64,000 nucleotides of DNA, from positions 21,548 to 85,547 of the forward strand of contig MEPB01000048.1 of the NCBI GenBank assembly GCA_001769385.1, written 5' to 3'. Position 1 is the stretch's first letter; every line of letters starts with the position of its first letter. A program made the translations under genes and the position numbers. The notes under the pieces are model-generated. The model was not told where the DNA came from. It searched no databases and saw only the letters and a list, made by a program, of their open reading frames with translations. Origin of the DNA: Bacteroidetes bacterium RIFCSPLOWO2_12_FULL_35_15 (GTDB lineage: Bacteria; Bacteroidota; Bacteroidia; 2-12-FULL-35-15). Positions 1 through 10,042 of this stretch are shown one piece after another.

Positions 1-113
1 GTAATTTCAGTAGAAGAAATTTTTGCAATTCGATCATTTTCAATCAATACATTGCCATGAAAGATTTTTCCTTCATTGACAATGTTTGCGTTTTTAATTA
101 AAATAGTTTTCAT
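1..113 (-). CDS. Partial CDS (N-terminus only, gene continues beyond window start): dihydroorotase-like cyclic amidohydrolase
   Basis: Reverse complement of 1-113 translates as MKTILIKNANIVNEGKIFHGNVLIENDRIAKISSTEI with no stop codon before the window edge. This is a typical dihydroorotase/amidohydrolase N-terminus. Confidence 0.45.
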   Translation of the reverse strand, partial: MKTILIKNANIVNEGKIFHGNVLIENDRIAKISSTEI

Positions 114-225
114 TTTAAAATTTTAATTTTTTGTCAATTGGGAGGGACGAAGCAATCTCCAATTAAAGCTTTGTTTATGAATTAAATGTCTGCTTCAACG
201 TAGAATGTTCCTCGCAATGATGTTA

Positions 226-1467
226 TCAGAAAGTAACATTTAATTTAATTTCTTTACCATTCCTAAGGATAGTTACTTCTACCGTGTCGCCAATTTTATA
301 GGCAGATAATCCTTTCATATAATCCATGGTACTCTCTACCTTAATTTCTCCAAACTGAATCACCACATCTCCTTTTTGTATTCCGGCTCTGGAAGCAGGT
401 TTCCCATCGGTAACACCATCAATTCTCATTCCTTTCCCTTCGTAGGTATAATCGGGCATTACCCCCATTGTGATTTTAAATTTTCGTGTACCGGCATCCG
501 GATTTTTTGTTTTCAGAAATTGAAATTTTGGAAGTTTTTCTGTTTCTTCTTCAATTTTAATAATGTATTCCAATACTTTTTTTTCACCTTTAAAATTTAT
601 TTTTATAAAATCATCACTCGGTTTATGATAATCCGAATGTTGCCCGGTAAAAAAATGTAATACCGGAATATCTTTTAAATAAAAAGAAGTTTGATCGGAA
701 GCTCCAATTCCGGCACTGTCTTTTTTGATACTGAAATCGGTATTTGTTTTATCTATCAGAGAGACCCAATCAGGTGCAGTGCCTACACCATATATAATTA
801 ATTTTTTTGTTGTATCGTTCAATCGACCGATCATGTCCATGTTGATCATGTAATTTACTTTGGAAAAATCGATTGTAGGATTTTCGCAAAATTTCTTTGA
901 ACCAAATAGCCCAAGTTCTTCTCCAGAAAAGCAGATAAACAGAAAATTAAATTTTTCTCTGCGTTGGTTTTGTGAAAAGTAACGTGCGAGTTCAATCACC
1001 CCGGCTACTCCGGAAGCATTATCATCAGCTCCATTGTGTATTTTCCCAACAGAATTTGGATCAAGTGAATTATTATCCAACCCCATTCCTAAATGATCGA
1101 AATGAGCGCCAATAACCACCGTGTTTTCGGCTCCATTATCGAGATATCCTGCAACATCAATTGCTGAAACCGATTCCCCACCAATGGTATCGTGAGCATC
1201 TTTTGGTTTTTTAAAAGTATAAGAAAAATAATAACTGTTTATATTTCCTTTTGGTTCAAGTTTTAGATTGCTGAAGTTAGTCCGGATATAATTAGCTGCT
1301 GTTAGCTCATCTTGAGTACCTGTTCCTCTTCCTTTTAGTTTATCACTTGCAAGAAATTTTATATGTTTTTTTAATTGCGCTACATTTATCTCCTGGGCGG
1401 AAATTGTAGAGAGAACAACAACTAAAAAAAAAGAGAACAAAAAATATTTTTTCATTGGAACATGCAA
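226..1467 (-). CDS. M28 family zinc aminopeptidase with C-terminal PDZ domain, signal peptide
   Basis: Motifs HFDHLGMG, DDNASGVAGVIELARYF, FSGEELGLFGS and MDMIGR are M28 metal ligands. The C-terminus GKPASRAGIQKGDVVIQFGEIKV... is PDZ-like. An N-terminal hydrophobic signal is present. Confidence 0.75.
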   Translation of the reverse strand: MHVPMKKYFLFSFFLVVVLSTISAQEINVAQLKKHIKFLASDKLKGRGTGTQDELTAANYIRTNFSNLKLEPKGNINSYYFSYTFKKPKDAHDTIGGESVSAIDVAGYLDNGAENTVVIGAHFDHLGMGLDNNSLDPNSVGKIHNGADDNASGVAGVIELARYFSQNQRREKFNFLFICFSGEELGLFGSKKFCENPTIDFSKVNYMINMDMIGRLNDTTKKLIIYGVGTAPDWVSLIDKTNTDFSIKKDSAGIGASDQTSFYLKDIPVLHFFTGQHSDYHKPSDDFIKINFKGEKKVLEYIIKIEEETEKLPKFQFLKTKNPDAGTRKFKITMGVMPDYTYEGKGMRIDGVTDGKPASRAGIQKGDVVIQFGEIKVESTMDYMKGLSAYKIGDTVEVTILRNGKEIKLNVTF

Positions 1468-1470
1468 TTT

Positions 1471-2514
1471 TTAATCAACCCAATCGGCAATAAAAACATT
1501 CGTATCGCGGGTGCCGTGGTTGTTTCGGTTTGATGAAAAGACTACCCTTTTTTTATCGGGTGAAAACATGGCAAATGCATTGAAAACACTTTCAGTTGTA
1601 ATTTGTTCCAATCCTGTTCCATCTTCGTTTATCATGTATAACTGAAAATTAAATCCATTTTCTGTTTTACAATTAGAAGAAAAAATTATTTTCTTTCCAT
1701 CAGGAGAAAAAAATGGCGCCCAGTTAGCTTTCCCTAGATGAGTGACCTGTTTTAAGTCAGAACCATCTATATTACAAACAAAAATTTCCATATCGCTGGG
1801 AGCGACTAAACCTTGAGCTAATAGATCTTTATAATTTTTTATTTCTGATTCTGTTTTTGGCCGGGAGGCACGAAATACTAATTTGCTCCCATCAGGAGAA
1901 AAAAATGCACCACCATCGTATCCTAATCCGGTTGTGATTTGTTTAAGGTTAGAGCCATCAATATTCATGGTCCATAATTCCAGATCGCCTGAACGGTTTG
2001 ATGTAAAAACAATTTTATTTCCTTTTGGAGAAACTGTTGCTTCGGCATCATAGCCGGGAGAGTCGGTAAGTTGTTTGGTAATGTTTCCTTTAAGGTCGGC
2101 AATAAAAATATCATACGAATCGAATATGTTCCATAAATATTTTCCGTTTTTCCTAAGATCTCCTGTTTCCGGACAATTATCTCCGGACTTGTGTGTGGAC
2201 GCATACAAGACGTGATTGCCATTGGGTAAAAAATAAGCACATGTTGTTCTGCCTTTTCCTGTACTGATCTTGAAAGGTTTGTATAAAGAGTCTTTCGAAG
2301 CATCAGCAATATTCATCATAAAGATCTGGTCACAATTTACGCCCCATTTTTTATTGTTTGATTGAAAAGAAAGGTTTTTGCTATCGAAGCTGAAATACGC
2401 TTCCGCATTATCACCTCCAAAAGTAAGTTGTGTGATATTTTTTAAATGTTTTTCATTTTGAGAAAATGAAATTTGATGAATAAAAAAAACAATAATTAAA
2501 AATATTTTTTTCAT
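1471..2514 (-). CDS. TolB-like periplasmic beta-propeller protein (PD40/WD40-like repeats)
   Basis: Repeated FSPDG(S/K)K(L/I)VF...SNRSG motifs are PD40 repeats. A signal peptide is present. Confidence 0.7.
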   Translation of the reverse strand: MKKIFLIIVFFIHQISFSQNEKHLKNITQLTFGGDNAEAYFSFDSKNLSFQSNNKKWGVNCDQIFMMNIADASKDSLYKPFKISTGKGRTTCAYFLPNGNHVLYASTHKSGDNCPETGDLRKNGKYLWNIFDSYDIFIADLKGNITKQLTDSPGYDAEATVSPKGNKIVFTSNRSGDLELWTMNIDGSNLKQITTGLGYDGGAFFSPDGSKLVFRASRPKTESEIKNYKDLLAQGLVAPSDMEIFVCNIDGSDLKQVTHLGKANWAPFFSPDGKKIIFSSNCKTENGFNFQLYMINEDGTGLEQITTESVFNAFAMFSPDKKRVVFSSNRNNHGTRDTNVFIADWVD

Positions 2515-2572
2515 GCGTAGATTTTTTTTATCTCTATAACGATCGGGAGCAGTATAGAACCGGCTAACAAAT

Positions 2573-3340
2573 TTAGTGTGACAATTTTTTAGAAATTTTT
2601 TTGAAACGCATTTGTAACACCCCCCAAAAAGCTTCTTTGAAAATTCCTTTGCTCATTTTTGATGAGCCTTCAACTCTGTCGGTAAATGTTATGGGAACCT
2701 CCACTAGTTTGAATCCGAGTTTGTAGGCAGTATATTTCATTTCAATTTGAAAGGCATAGCCTACAAATTTAATTTCGTCAAAATCGATTTGTTCAAGTAC
2801 TTTACGTTTATAACATTTAAATCCTGCTGTAGTGTCATAAATGGGTACCCATAATACCATTCGAACATAAACGGATGCGTAATAGGACATCAAAACGCGA
2901 CCTTTGGGCCAATTTTCGATCTTGCCATCTTTTACATAGCGCGATCCGATCGCAACATCGGCACCATTTACACAAGCTTCACGTAAACGAATTAAATCAT
3001 TTGGGTTGTGTGAAAAATCGCAGTCCATTTCAAAAATATACTCATAGCTGCGTTGTAATGCCCATTTAAAACCATGAATATAGGCCGTTCCCAATCCTAA
3101 TTTGCCTTTACGTTCTTCAATAAATAATTTACCCGGAAACTCCTGCATCAAATTTTTTACAATCACGGCAGTGCCATCCGGAGAACCATCATCTATAATT
3201 AACAGGTGAAAGGGATGAGACAAAGAAAATACTTTGCGAACCATTCGCTCTATATTTTCTTTTTCGTTGTAGGTTGGTATAATGACTAAACTATCGCTCA
3301 CAAACTGTTTTTTGAAAAACGAAGATAACGCTCTATTCAA
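2573..3340 (-). CDS. GT2 glycosyltransferase, polyprenyl-phosphate mannosyltransferase-like
   Basis: IIPTYNEKENIERMV...LLIIDDGSPDGT is a GT2 DXD-type signature. Size is ~255 aa. Confidence 0.75.
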   Translation of the reverse strand: MNRALSSFFKKQFVSDSLVIIPTYNEKENIERMVRKVFSLSHPFHLLIIDDGSPDGTAVIVKNLMQEFPGKLFIEERKGKLGLGTAYIHGFKWALQRSYEYIFEMDCDFSHNPNDLIRLREACVNGADVAIGSRYVKDGKIENWPKGRVLMSYYASVYVRMVLWVPIYDTTAGFKCYKRKVLEQIDFDEIKFVGYAFQIEMKYTAYKLGFKLVEVPITFTDRVEGSSKMSKGIFKEAFWGVLQMRFKKISKKLSH

Positions 3341-3492
3341 TAATTACCAAAGTTTTTAGGTTTTTTGGCGAATTTTCTGCACTAATTAGGTATTGTTATA
3401 AATTAAGCGGTATTAACTATACAGTTTGATGAGTAATAAAATTTCATTTTATACCATTCTTTATTTTTAAGTTTGTATTAAACTCCATTCAA

Positions 3493-5598
3493 ATGAAAAA
3501 AATAGTACTCCTGTTTTTTGTGACTTTTTGCGCACAAAAATTCATTGCACAAGAAAATTTAAAATATTGTGGTGCAGATGAATTACGCATTGCTACGTTA
3601 AAAAAAAATCCAAAAATCGCACAAGCTGTTATCAAGCGAGATGAAGAACTAGAAGCGTTTACACAAAAATATGTTGCCGATTTTTATAATAAAAAGACAC
3701 TATCAGCAACGTATATTATTCCTGTGGTTTTTCATGTCATTCACAACTGGGGAATTGAAAATATTTCGGATGCACAAATTTTAGATGGATTGGATATATT
3801 AAATAAAACGTTTCGTAAACAGTTAGCCGACACAGCTTCCATTGTTTCGGCTTTTAAACCTCTGCATGCCGACTGTGATATTGAATTCAGAGTAGCTCAG
3901 CTGGATCCGAACGGAAATTGTACGAACGGGATCAATCGTATTGCTTCGTCACTGACTACTATTGGCGATCATTCTGTAAAATCAATCATACATTGGCCTC
4001 CGACTAAATATTTGAATGTCTATATTGTTTCAAATGCTGCCGGACTCGCGGGGCATTGTGTTTGGCCGGCTGATGCCGATTCGATCCCTTTGTGGGATGG
4101 AATTGTTATCGGGTATAATTATATAGGAAGCATTGGTACCTCTAACTATACCCAATCTGTAGCATTTGCGCATGAATGCGGACATTATTTGAATTTGCAA
4201 CACATTTGGGGTGGTAATAATGTTCCGAACTTTTATTATTATCCTTGTGCCAATCCCAATAAAGATTGTAATGTGGATGATCTTGTTGCTGATACTCCGC
4301 CTACCATTGGCTGGCAAAGTTGCAATTTATCAGGAGCATCCTGCGGAAATGCAGTTGATAATGTTCAGAATACAATGGATTATTCGTATTGCAATCGAAT
4401 GTTTACTTATGGACAAAAAGCAAGAATGCAAGCTTGTTTAAATTCACCCATTGCAGGAAGAAATAATTTATGGCAAACTGCAAATCTTATTGCAACGGGT
4501 GTTTTAAACCCACCGGGAGGATTGTGTAAAGCCGATTTTACAAGCAATATAAATGTTGTTTGTCAAGGTTCAGGTACTCCAATAGTTTTTACGAATACAT
4601 CCTATAACGGAACATTCACAGACGTTTTGTGGAATTTCCCCGGTGGAACTCCTTCCACATCTGTTTCTAGTAATCCAAATGTTTCGTACGCCACTCCCGG
4701 TACTTATGATGTGACGTTGAAAGTAAAAAATGGAACTGATTCTGTGGAGGTCACAAAAGTAAATTTCATTTCGGTTTTGCCAGCTACAAGTACTGTATAT
4801 CCATTTACCGAAGGATTTGAAACCACAAGCTCATTAAATGGTTTGGAATGGTTCTCGAATAGTTTTGATACGATCAACAACTGGCAACTTAATACAAGTG
4901 CATCTTATAGCGGAACAAGCTCCGTAATGCTTAACAATTATACGAGTCCTGCCGGAACGAAAGACGAATTATTTAGTAAAATGTTAAATTTAACAGGTGG
5001 TTCAGGACTTTACGTCAGTTTTAAATATGCGTATGCAAAAAAAGACAGCACAAGTAATGATCGTCTGCAATTATATATTACAAACAATTGTAATAACAAT
5101 TGGTTGCAACGAATAAATTTAACCGGCACAGCCTTGGAAACAGCGCCAATGCAATCAACACCTTTTGTTCCTGCTTCAACAAACGAATGGAAACAGGCAT
5201 CTGTAATTATTCCTCCGACATGGCTGACCGCAAATTTCAGATTTAAGTTTGTATATACCTCTTCCGCGGGAAACAATGTATATATCGATGACATTAATTT
5301 GAATGTGAATACCGGAATAAGCGATCTGGATGAAATGAGTTCCACCTTTCAATTGTTCCCAAATCCGGCAACTTCAATTGTTACCTTGGGGTTTAAATTA
5401 ACGGAGTCAAAAAAATTAAATATAGCGATACTAAATTTACTTGGACAAACAATTTATTCTTCCGGAAAAGAAAATTATTCTGATGGAGAACATACAATCA
5501 AACTATCTCTCAGGGATATTTCACCCGGGATGTATTTTATAAATGTTGCTGATGACAACAATGACTTTAAAAAACCTTTAGTTATAATTTCAAATTAG
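3493..5598 (+). CDS. Secreted zinc metalloprotease (metzincin, M43/pappalysin-like) with T9SS type-A C-terminal sorting domain
   Basis: HECGHYLNLQH is an HExxHxxxxxH zinc site. There is a signal peptide and a PKD-like segment (WNFPGGTPS). The C-terminus LFPNPATSIVTLGF...GMYFINV is Por-secretion-tail-like. Confidence 0.6.
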   Translation: MKKIVLLFFVTFCAQKFIAQENLKYCGADELRIATLKKNPKIAQAVIKRDEELEAFTQKYVADFYNKKTLSATYIIPVVFHVIHNWGIENISDAQILDGLDILNKTFRKQLADTASIVSAFKPLHADCDIEFRVAQLDPNGNCTNGINRIASSLTTIGDHSVKSIIHWPPTKYLNVYIVSNAAGLAGHCVWPADADSIPLWDGIVIGYNYIGSIGTSNYTQSVAFAHECGHYLNLQHIWGGNNVPNFYYYPCANPNKDCNVDDLVADTPPTIGWQSCNLSGASCGNAVDNVQNTMDYSYCNRMFTYGQKARMQACLNSPIAGRNNLWQTANLIATGVLNPPGGLCKADFTSNINVVCQGSGTPIVFTNTSYNGTFTDVLWNFPGGTPSTSVSSNPNVSYATPGTYDVTLKVKNGTDSVEVTKVNFISVLPATSTVYPFTEGFETTSSLNGLEWFSNSFDTINNWQLNTSASYSGTSSVMLNNYTSPAGTKDELFSKMLNLTGGSGLYVSFKYAYAKKDSTSNDRLQLYITNNCNNNWLQRINLTGTALETAPMQSTPFVPASTNEWKQASVIIPPTWLTANFRFKFVYTSSAGNNVYIDDINLNVNTGISDLDEMSSTFQLFPNPATSIVTLGFKLTESKKLNIAILNLLGQTIYSSGKENYSDGEHTIKLSLRDISPGMYFINVADDNNDFKKPLVIISN

Positions 5599-5636
5599 TG
5601 CTTTTAATACAAGCAAACTTCTTTTTCGTTTACAAT

Positions 5637-7529
5637 TTAATGAGCTCCTTTTTTTATTTCTTCCACAATTGAAGGGTCCAGCAAAGTAGAGGTATCGCCC
5701 AGATTTGATAAATCGCCTTCAGCTATTTTGCGCAGGATACGTCTCATGATTTTTCCGCTTCGTGTTTTTGGGAGGCCTTGTACTACTTGAATTTTATCAG
5801 GTTTTGCAATTGCTCCCATGTTTTTTGTTACGGTTTCAATTATTTCTTTTTTTAAGGCATCAGCATCTTTTCGTTCATGTTCACAAATGACAAACGCATA
5901 AATGCCCCAGCCTTTTATTTCATGAGGGAATCCAACCACTGCAGATTCAACAATATCAGGATGCTGATCAATTGCATTTTCTATTTCTGAGGTTCCTAAT
6001 AAATGTCCTGAAACTTTTATTACATCGTCAACCCGACCTGATATATGGTAATATCCCTCTTCATCGCGTTTGCATGCATCACCTGTGAAATAATATCCTT
6101 TAAATGTTTCAAAATAAGTTTCTTTGCAACGTTTATGATTTTGATAAGTTGTACGAATGATACCCGGCCATGGAAATTTAAAACACAATCTTCCTTCCAC
6201 ATTATTTCCCTGTAATTCTTTTCCCTGTTCATCAAGCAAAATAGGTTGTACTCCCGGTAAAGGAAGTGTTGCAAAACCAGGTTTTGTTTTAGTGATTCCG
6301 GCTAATGGAGAGATCATGATTCCACCGGTTTCTGTTTGCCACCATGTATCCACGATCGGACATTTCTTTTTTCCAATATTTTCGTTATACCAGTTCCATG
6401 CAAATTCATTTATTGGTTCGCCAACAGTTCCCAAAACCTTTAGCGAATCTAATTTATAAGGCTTTACAAAATCCAGACCAAGCGCTTCAAGGGATCTTAT
6501 TGCAGTTGGAGCGGTATAAAAAATAGCTACCTGATGTTTATCAATAACTTGCCAGAATCTTCCAGCATCAGGATAAGTGGGGATTCCTTCAAACATTAAT
6601 GTGGTGCCTCCTGCCAGAAGTGGTCCGTAAACTAAATAGGAGTGACCGGTGATCCAGCCCACATCAGCCGTACACCAAAATATATCGCCATCATTGTATT
6701 GAAAAACATTACGGAATGTATAATCAACAAAAGTCATATAGCCCGCTATTGTATGCACAACTCCTTTTGGTTTTCCGGTGGAGCCGGAAGTGTATAATAT
6801 GAAAAGCATATCTTCTGCATCCATTATTTCGGCAGGACAATCAGCGGAACTGTTTTTAATTTCATCCTGCCACCAAACATCACGTCCGCTTTCCATCTTT
6901 ACTTCGGTATTTATATGTTTATATACAATCACTTTTTTAACCGAAGGACAAGTTAATAAGGCTTCATCAATAACATTTTTCAATGGAATTTCTTTTGCTC
7001 CACGATACGCACCATCTGAAGTAATGACCACGTTACAATCGGCATCATGAATTCTATCAGAAAGTGATTTAAAAGAAAAACCACCAAATACCACTGAGTG
7101 AATAGCTCCGATTCTCGCACATGCCAAAACCGCTATTGTTAATTCAGGAATCATGGGCATATAAATACAAATGCGGTCGCCTTTTTTTGCACCATTTTTT
7201 TTCAGCACATTTGCAAATCGACATACTTCTGAATGAAGTTCTTTATACGTGAATTTTCGTACTTCATCTTCTGGATTATTAGGTTCCCAAATGAGTGCAG
7301 TTTGATTTCCTCTTTTTTCAAGATGGCGATCAAGGCAGTTTTCGGTGATATTGAGTTGTCCGCCAATGAACCATTTTATACTTGGCTCATCAAAATTCCA
7401 CTCCAACACGTTATCCCATTTTTTATGCCAGGTAAATTGTTCAGCTTGCTCTGCCCAAAAGGCTTCAGGAGTTTCAACACTACGTTTGTATTCCTGCTGA
7501 TATTGCTCAAAAGATGTAATACGGTTCAT
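5637..7529 (-). CDS. acs: Acetyl-CoA synthetase (acetate--CoA ligase)
   Basis: Full-length 630 aa product. Motifs YTSGSTGKPKGV, WWQTETGG and a C-terminal PKTRSGKIMRR are canonical Acs. Confidence 0.95.
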   Translation of the reverse strand: MNRITSFEQYQQEYKRSVETPEAFWAEQAEQFTWHKKWDNVLEWNFDEPSIKWFIGGQLNITENCLDRHLEKRGNQTALIWEPNNPEDEVRKFTYKELHSEVCRFANVLKKNGAKKGDRICIYMPMIPELTIAVLACARIGAIHSVVFGGFSFKSLSDRIHDADCNVVITSDGAYRGAKEIPLKNVIDEALLTCPSVKKVIVYKHINTEVKMESGRDVWWQDEIKNSSADCPAEIMDAEDMLFILYTSGSTGKPKGVVHTIAGYMTFVDYTFRNVFQYNDGDIFWCTADVGWITGHSYLVYGPLLAGGTTLMFEGIPTYPDAGRFWQVIDKHQVAIFYTAPTAIRSLEALGLDFVKPYKLDSLKVLGTVGEPINEFAWNWYNENIGKKKCPIVDTWWQTETGGIMISPLAGITKTKPGFATLPLPGVQPILLDEQGKELQGNNVEGRLCFKFPWPGIIRTTYQNHKRCKETYFETFKGYYFTGDACKRDEEGYYHISGRVDDVIKVSGHLLGTSEIENAIDQHPDIVESAVVGFPHEIKGWGIYAFVICEHERKDADALKKEIIETVTKNMGAIAKPDKIQVVQGLPKTRSGKIMRRILRKIAEGDLSNLGDTSTLLDPSIVEEIKKGAH

Positions 7530-7649
7530 AAAATTGAAAGATTAAATTATGTAGGTTGATAAAGATATGAATTCAAAAATAAGAAAAGAAAATGGCTTTA
7601 AAAATTAGCAGTGATCACAATCAAGAAAACAAATGATTTGAAAATGGGA

Positions 7650-8540
7650 GTTGTAGTATGGTACGCAGATTTAGCGGATTGTTTAAGATTTAAAATGATT
7701 TTTTGTAGGTGATTGTATAAGGATATTCTGTGTTGAAGCACTTTGTAGTATGGTACGCAGATTTAGGGGAGAGTTTAAGATTTAAAAATGATTTTTGTTG
7801 CTGATTATTATAGGATATTCCGTGTTGAAGTACTTTGTGGTATGGTACGCAGATTTAGCGGATTGTTTAAGATTTAAAAATGATTTTTGTTGCTGATTGT
7901 TCTAGGATATTCCGTGTTGAAGTACTTTGTAGTGTGGAACGCAGATTTAGGGGAGAGTTTAAGATTTAAAATGATTTTTTGTAGGTGATTGTATAAGGAT
8001 ATTCTGTGTTGAAGTACTTTGTAGTATGGTACGCAGATTTAGCGGAGAGTTTAAGATTTAAAAATGATTTTTGTTGCTGATTATTATAGGATATTCCGTG
8101 TTGTACTTTGTGGTATGGTACGCAGATTTCGCGGATAGTTTAGGATTTTAAAATGATTTTTGTTGATGATTGTTATATGATTTCTGTATTGAAGATTGTT
8201 ATAAGATATTCCGTGTTGAAATACTTTGTAGTATGGTACGCAGATTTCGCGGATAGTTTAAGATTTAAAAATGATTTCTGTATTGAAGATTGTTATAAGA
8301 TATTCCGTGTTGAAATACTTTGTAGTATGGTACGGAGATTTCGCGGATAGTTTAAGATTTAAAAATGATTTTTGTTGCTGATTGTTATATGATATTATGT
8401 GTTGAAGATTGTTATAGGATATACGTTATTGAAATTCGCATTTTGAATGATCTTAATTTATTATAAAGTCCTAACTAACATTTAAATCTTATCATTTTTT
8501 TATCATAAAAATCTTAATAAATCTGCGTCCGATCGAATCA
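7650..8540. repeat. Tandem array of ~8 direct repeats (unit ~92 bp, one 118-bp variant) with a terminal inverted partial copy
   Basis: Copies of the unit containing tatggtacgcagattt start near 7657, 7749, 7841, 7934, 8025, 8114, 8232 and 8326. An inverted partial copy aaaaatcttaataaatctgcgtcc lies at ~8505-8530. The 65-aa ORF at 8153-8350 is repeat-derived. Confidence 0.85.
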
Positions 8541-8554
8541 AGAATTTTTAAAAT

Positions 8555-9355
8555 CTATTTCGATAATTCACTTGCTCTGTCTCTGGCTTTAACAATGCCT
8601 TTCTGAAGATTTTCTCCAACATGATCTGATTCGAAAGAACTGAGTGCCGTTTCAGTAGTTCCTCCTTTTGAAGCAACTGCTTTTATCAATTCATCCAGTG
8701 ATTTATTGGTGGTATTCATCAAGTGAAATGAGCCCAACATGGTTTGTTTAACAAGCATGGAAGAAGTAGCTTCATCAAATCCCATTTGTTTTCCTGCTTC
8801 GATCATTTGTTTTACAATGTAGAAAAAATAGGCTGGTCCGCTGCCACTCAATGCTGTAACAGCATCTAACAGATCCTCATTCTCAAAAAACACGGTACGT
8901 CCGGTTGTTGCCAATAAATTTTCGGCCTTACGAATTTGTTCCAGCGAAAGGGATTTGCTTGCTGTAAAGGCAGTAACTCCCATGCCTAATTCTGCAGGAG
9001 AATTTGGCATAGCACGTATGATGTTTGGATTATTTAGTGCACTTTCAATACGTTGAATTTTTACTCCTGCCATTATGGAAATAATACATTTGGCGGGTTC
9101 TAAAATATGTTTCAGTTCTTTTGCTAATTCTTCAAAATCCTGTGGCTTTACTGCAATAATTACAATATCACTTGCTGCGATTTTTGCATCATTTATCACA
9201 GTTACCTCAGCAACATTCAGTTTAATCAGTTCCTGTTTGCGTGTTTCATTTTTTTCGGCAAGTATTAAATTTTCTTTTGAAACAATATTGTATTTTAAAA
9301 AAGCGCGGGCGTATATTAAACCCATGTTGCCACATCCAACAATTGTAATTTTCAT
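8555..9355 (-). CDS. proC: Pyrroline-5-carboxylate reductase
   Basis: N-terminal Rossmann motif IVGCGNMG, a ~266 aa product and a conserved ProC C-terminal dimerisation region. Confidence 0.9.
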   Translation of the reverse strand: MKITIVGCGNMGLIYARAFLKYNIVSKENLILAEKNETRKQELIKLNVAEVTVINDAKIAASDIVIIAVKPQDFEELAKELKHILEPAKCIISIMAGVKIQRIESALNNPNIIRAMPNSPAELGMGVTAFTASKSLSLEQIRKAENLLATTGRTVFFENEDLLDAVTALSGSGPAYFFYIVKQMIEAGKQMGFDEATSSMLVKQTMLGSFHLMNTTNKSLDELIKAVASKGGTTETALSSFESDHVGENLQKGIVKARDRASELSK

Positions 9356-9417
9356 TTTGTTTTATTTTTTAATGAGTTTTCTCTTTCTGCAAAATAGATT
9401 TATTTTTAATAGATTTT

Positions 9418-9897
9418 TTAATGCGCCCTCTTTTCTTTTATTTCTATTTGTCTTTTAATGCTTTCTTCTAAAGAAATAAATGTTTCTGTACGCTGCACCC
9501 CTTTTATTGTTTGGATATGTTCATTTAACACTTCTCTCAAATGCTGGGTATCCCGACAAATTATTTTTGCAAACATACTATAAACTCCGGTTGTATAATG
9601 CAATTCGACAACTTCCGGGATCTTTTTCAATCGACTGACGGCATCATGGTATTCAGATCCTTTATCTAAAAATATTCCTAAAAATGCACAAACATCATAA
9701 CCAACTTTTGCCGGATTAATTTCTAAGTGAGAGCCCCGTACAACTCCGGTGTCAATTAATTTTTTCATTCGAACATGGACTGTTCCTGCTGATACAACTA
9801 ATTCTTTTGCAATTTCTGTGTAAGGAATTGTGGAGTCCTTCATCAGCATAGAAAGAATTTGTCTGTCTAATTTATCAAGTTGAAAATTTTGCGCCAT
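9418..9897 (-). CDS. asnC: Lrp/AsnC family transcriptional regulator
   Basis: N-terminal HTH (LDRQILSMLMKDSTIPYTEIAKEL) plus a RAM domain. It is divergent from the asnA-like gene. Confidence 0.8.
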   Translation of the reverse strand: MAQNFQLDKLDRQILSMLMKDSTIPYTEIAKELVVSAGTVHVRMKKLIDTGVVRGSHLEINPAKVGYDVCAFLGIFLDKGSEYHDAVSRLKKIPEVVELHYTTGVYSMFAKIICRDTQHLREVLNEHIQTIKGVQRTETFISLEESIKRQIEIKEKRAH

Positions 9898-10042
9898 TTA
9901 AGGATGTGTATTTTACGACAAATGTAAAAAAAATATTGTTATATTATTATATTACTAATAATATGTTCAATTTGTTGAATATTTAATAATGTAAGGTTAT
10001 ACCATTTATCTTTGCCAAAGAAATTAAATAGAAAAAATAAAA

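Noticed and set aside
6020-7559. Small ORFs overlapping acs on either strand
   Set aside because: They are fully nested in the high-confidence acs gene, with no ribosome-binding context or conservation signal.
7650-8540. Possible CRISPR array (regular direct repeats)
   Set aside because: The segments between conserved cores are not unique. They alternate between two near-identical variants, the unit is ~92 bp, and no cas genes are nearby. It behaves as a tandem repeat, not a repeat-spacer array.
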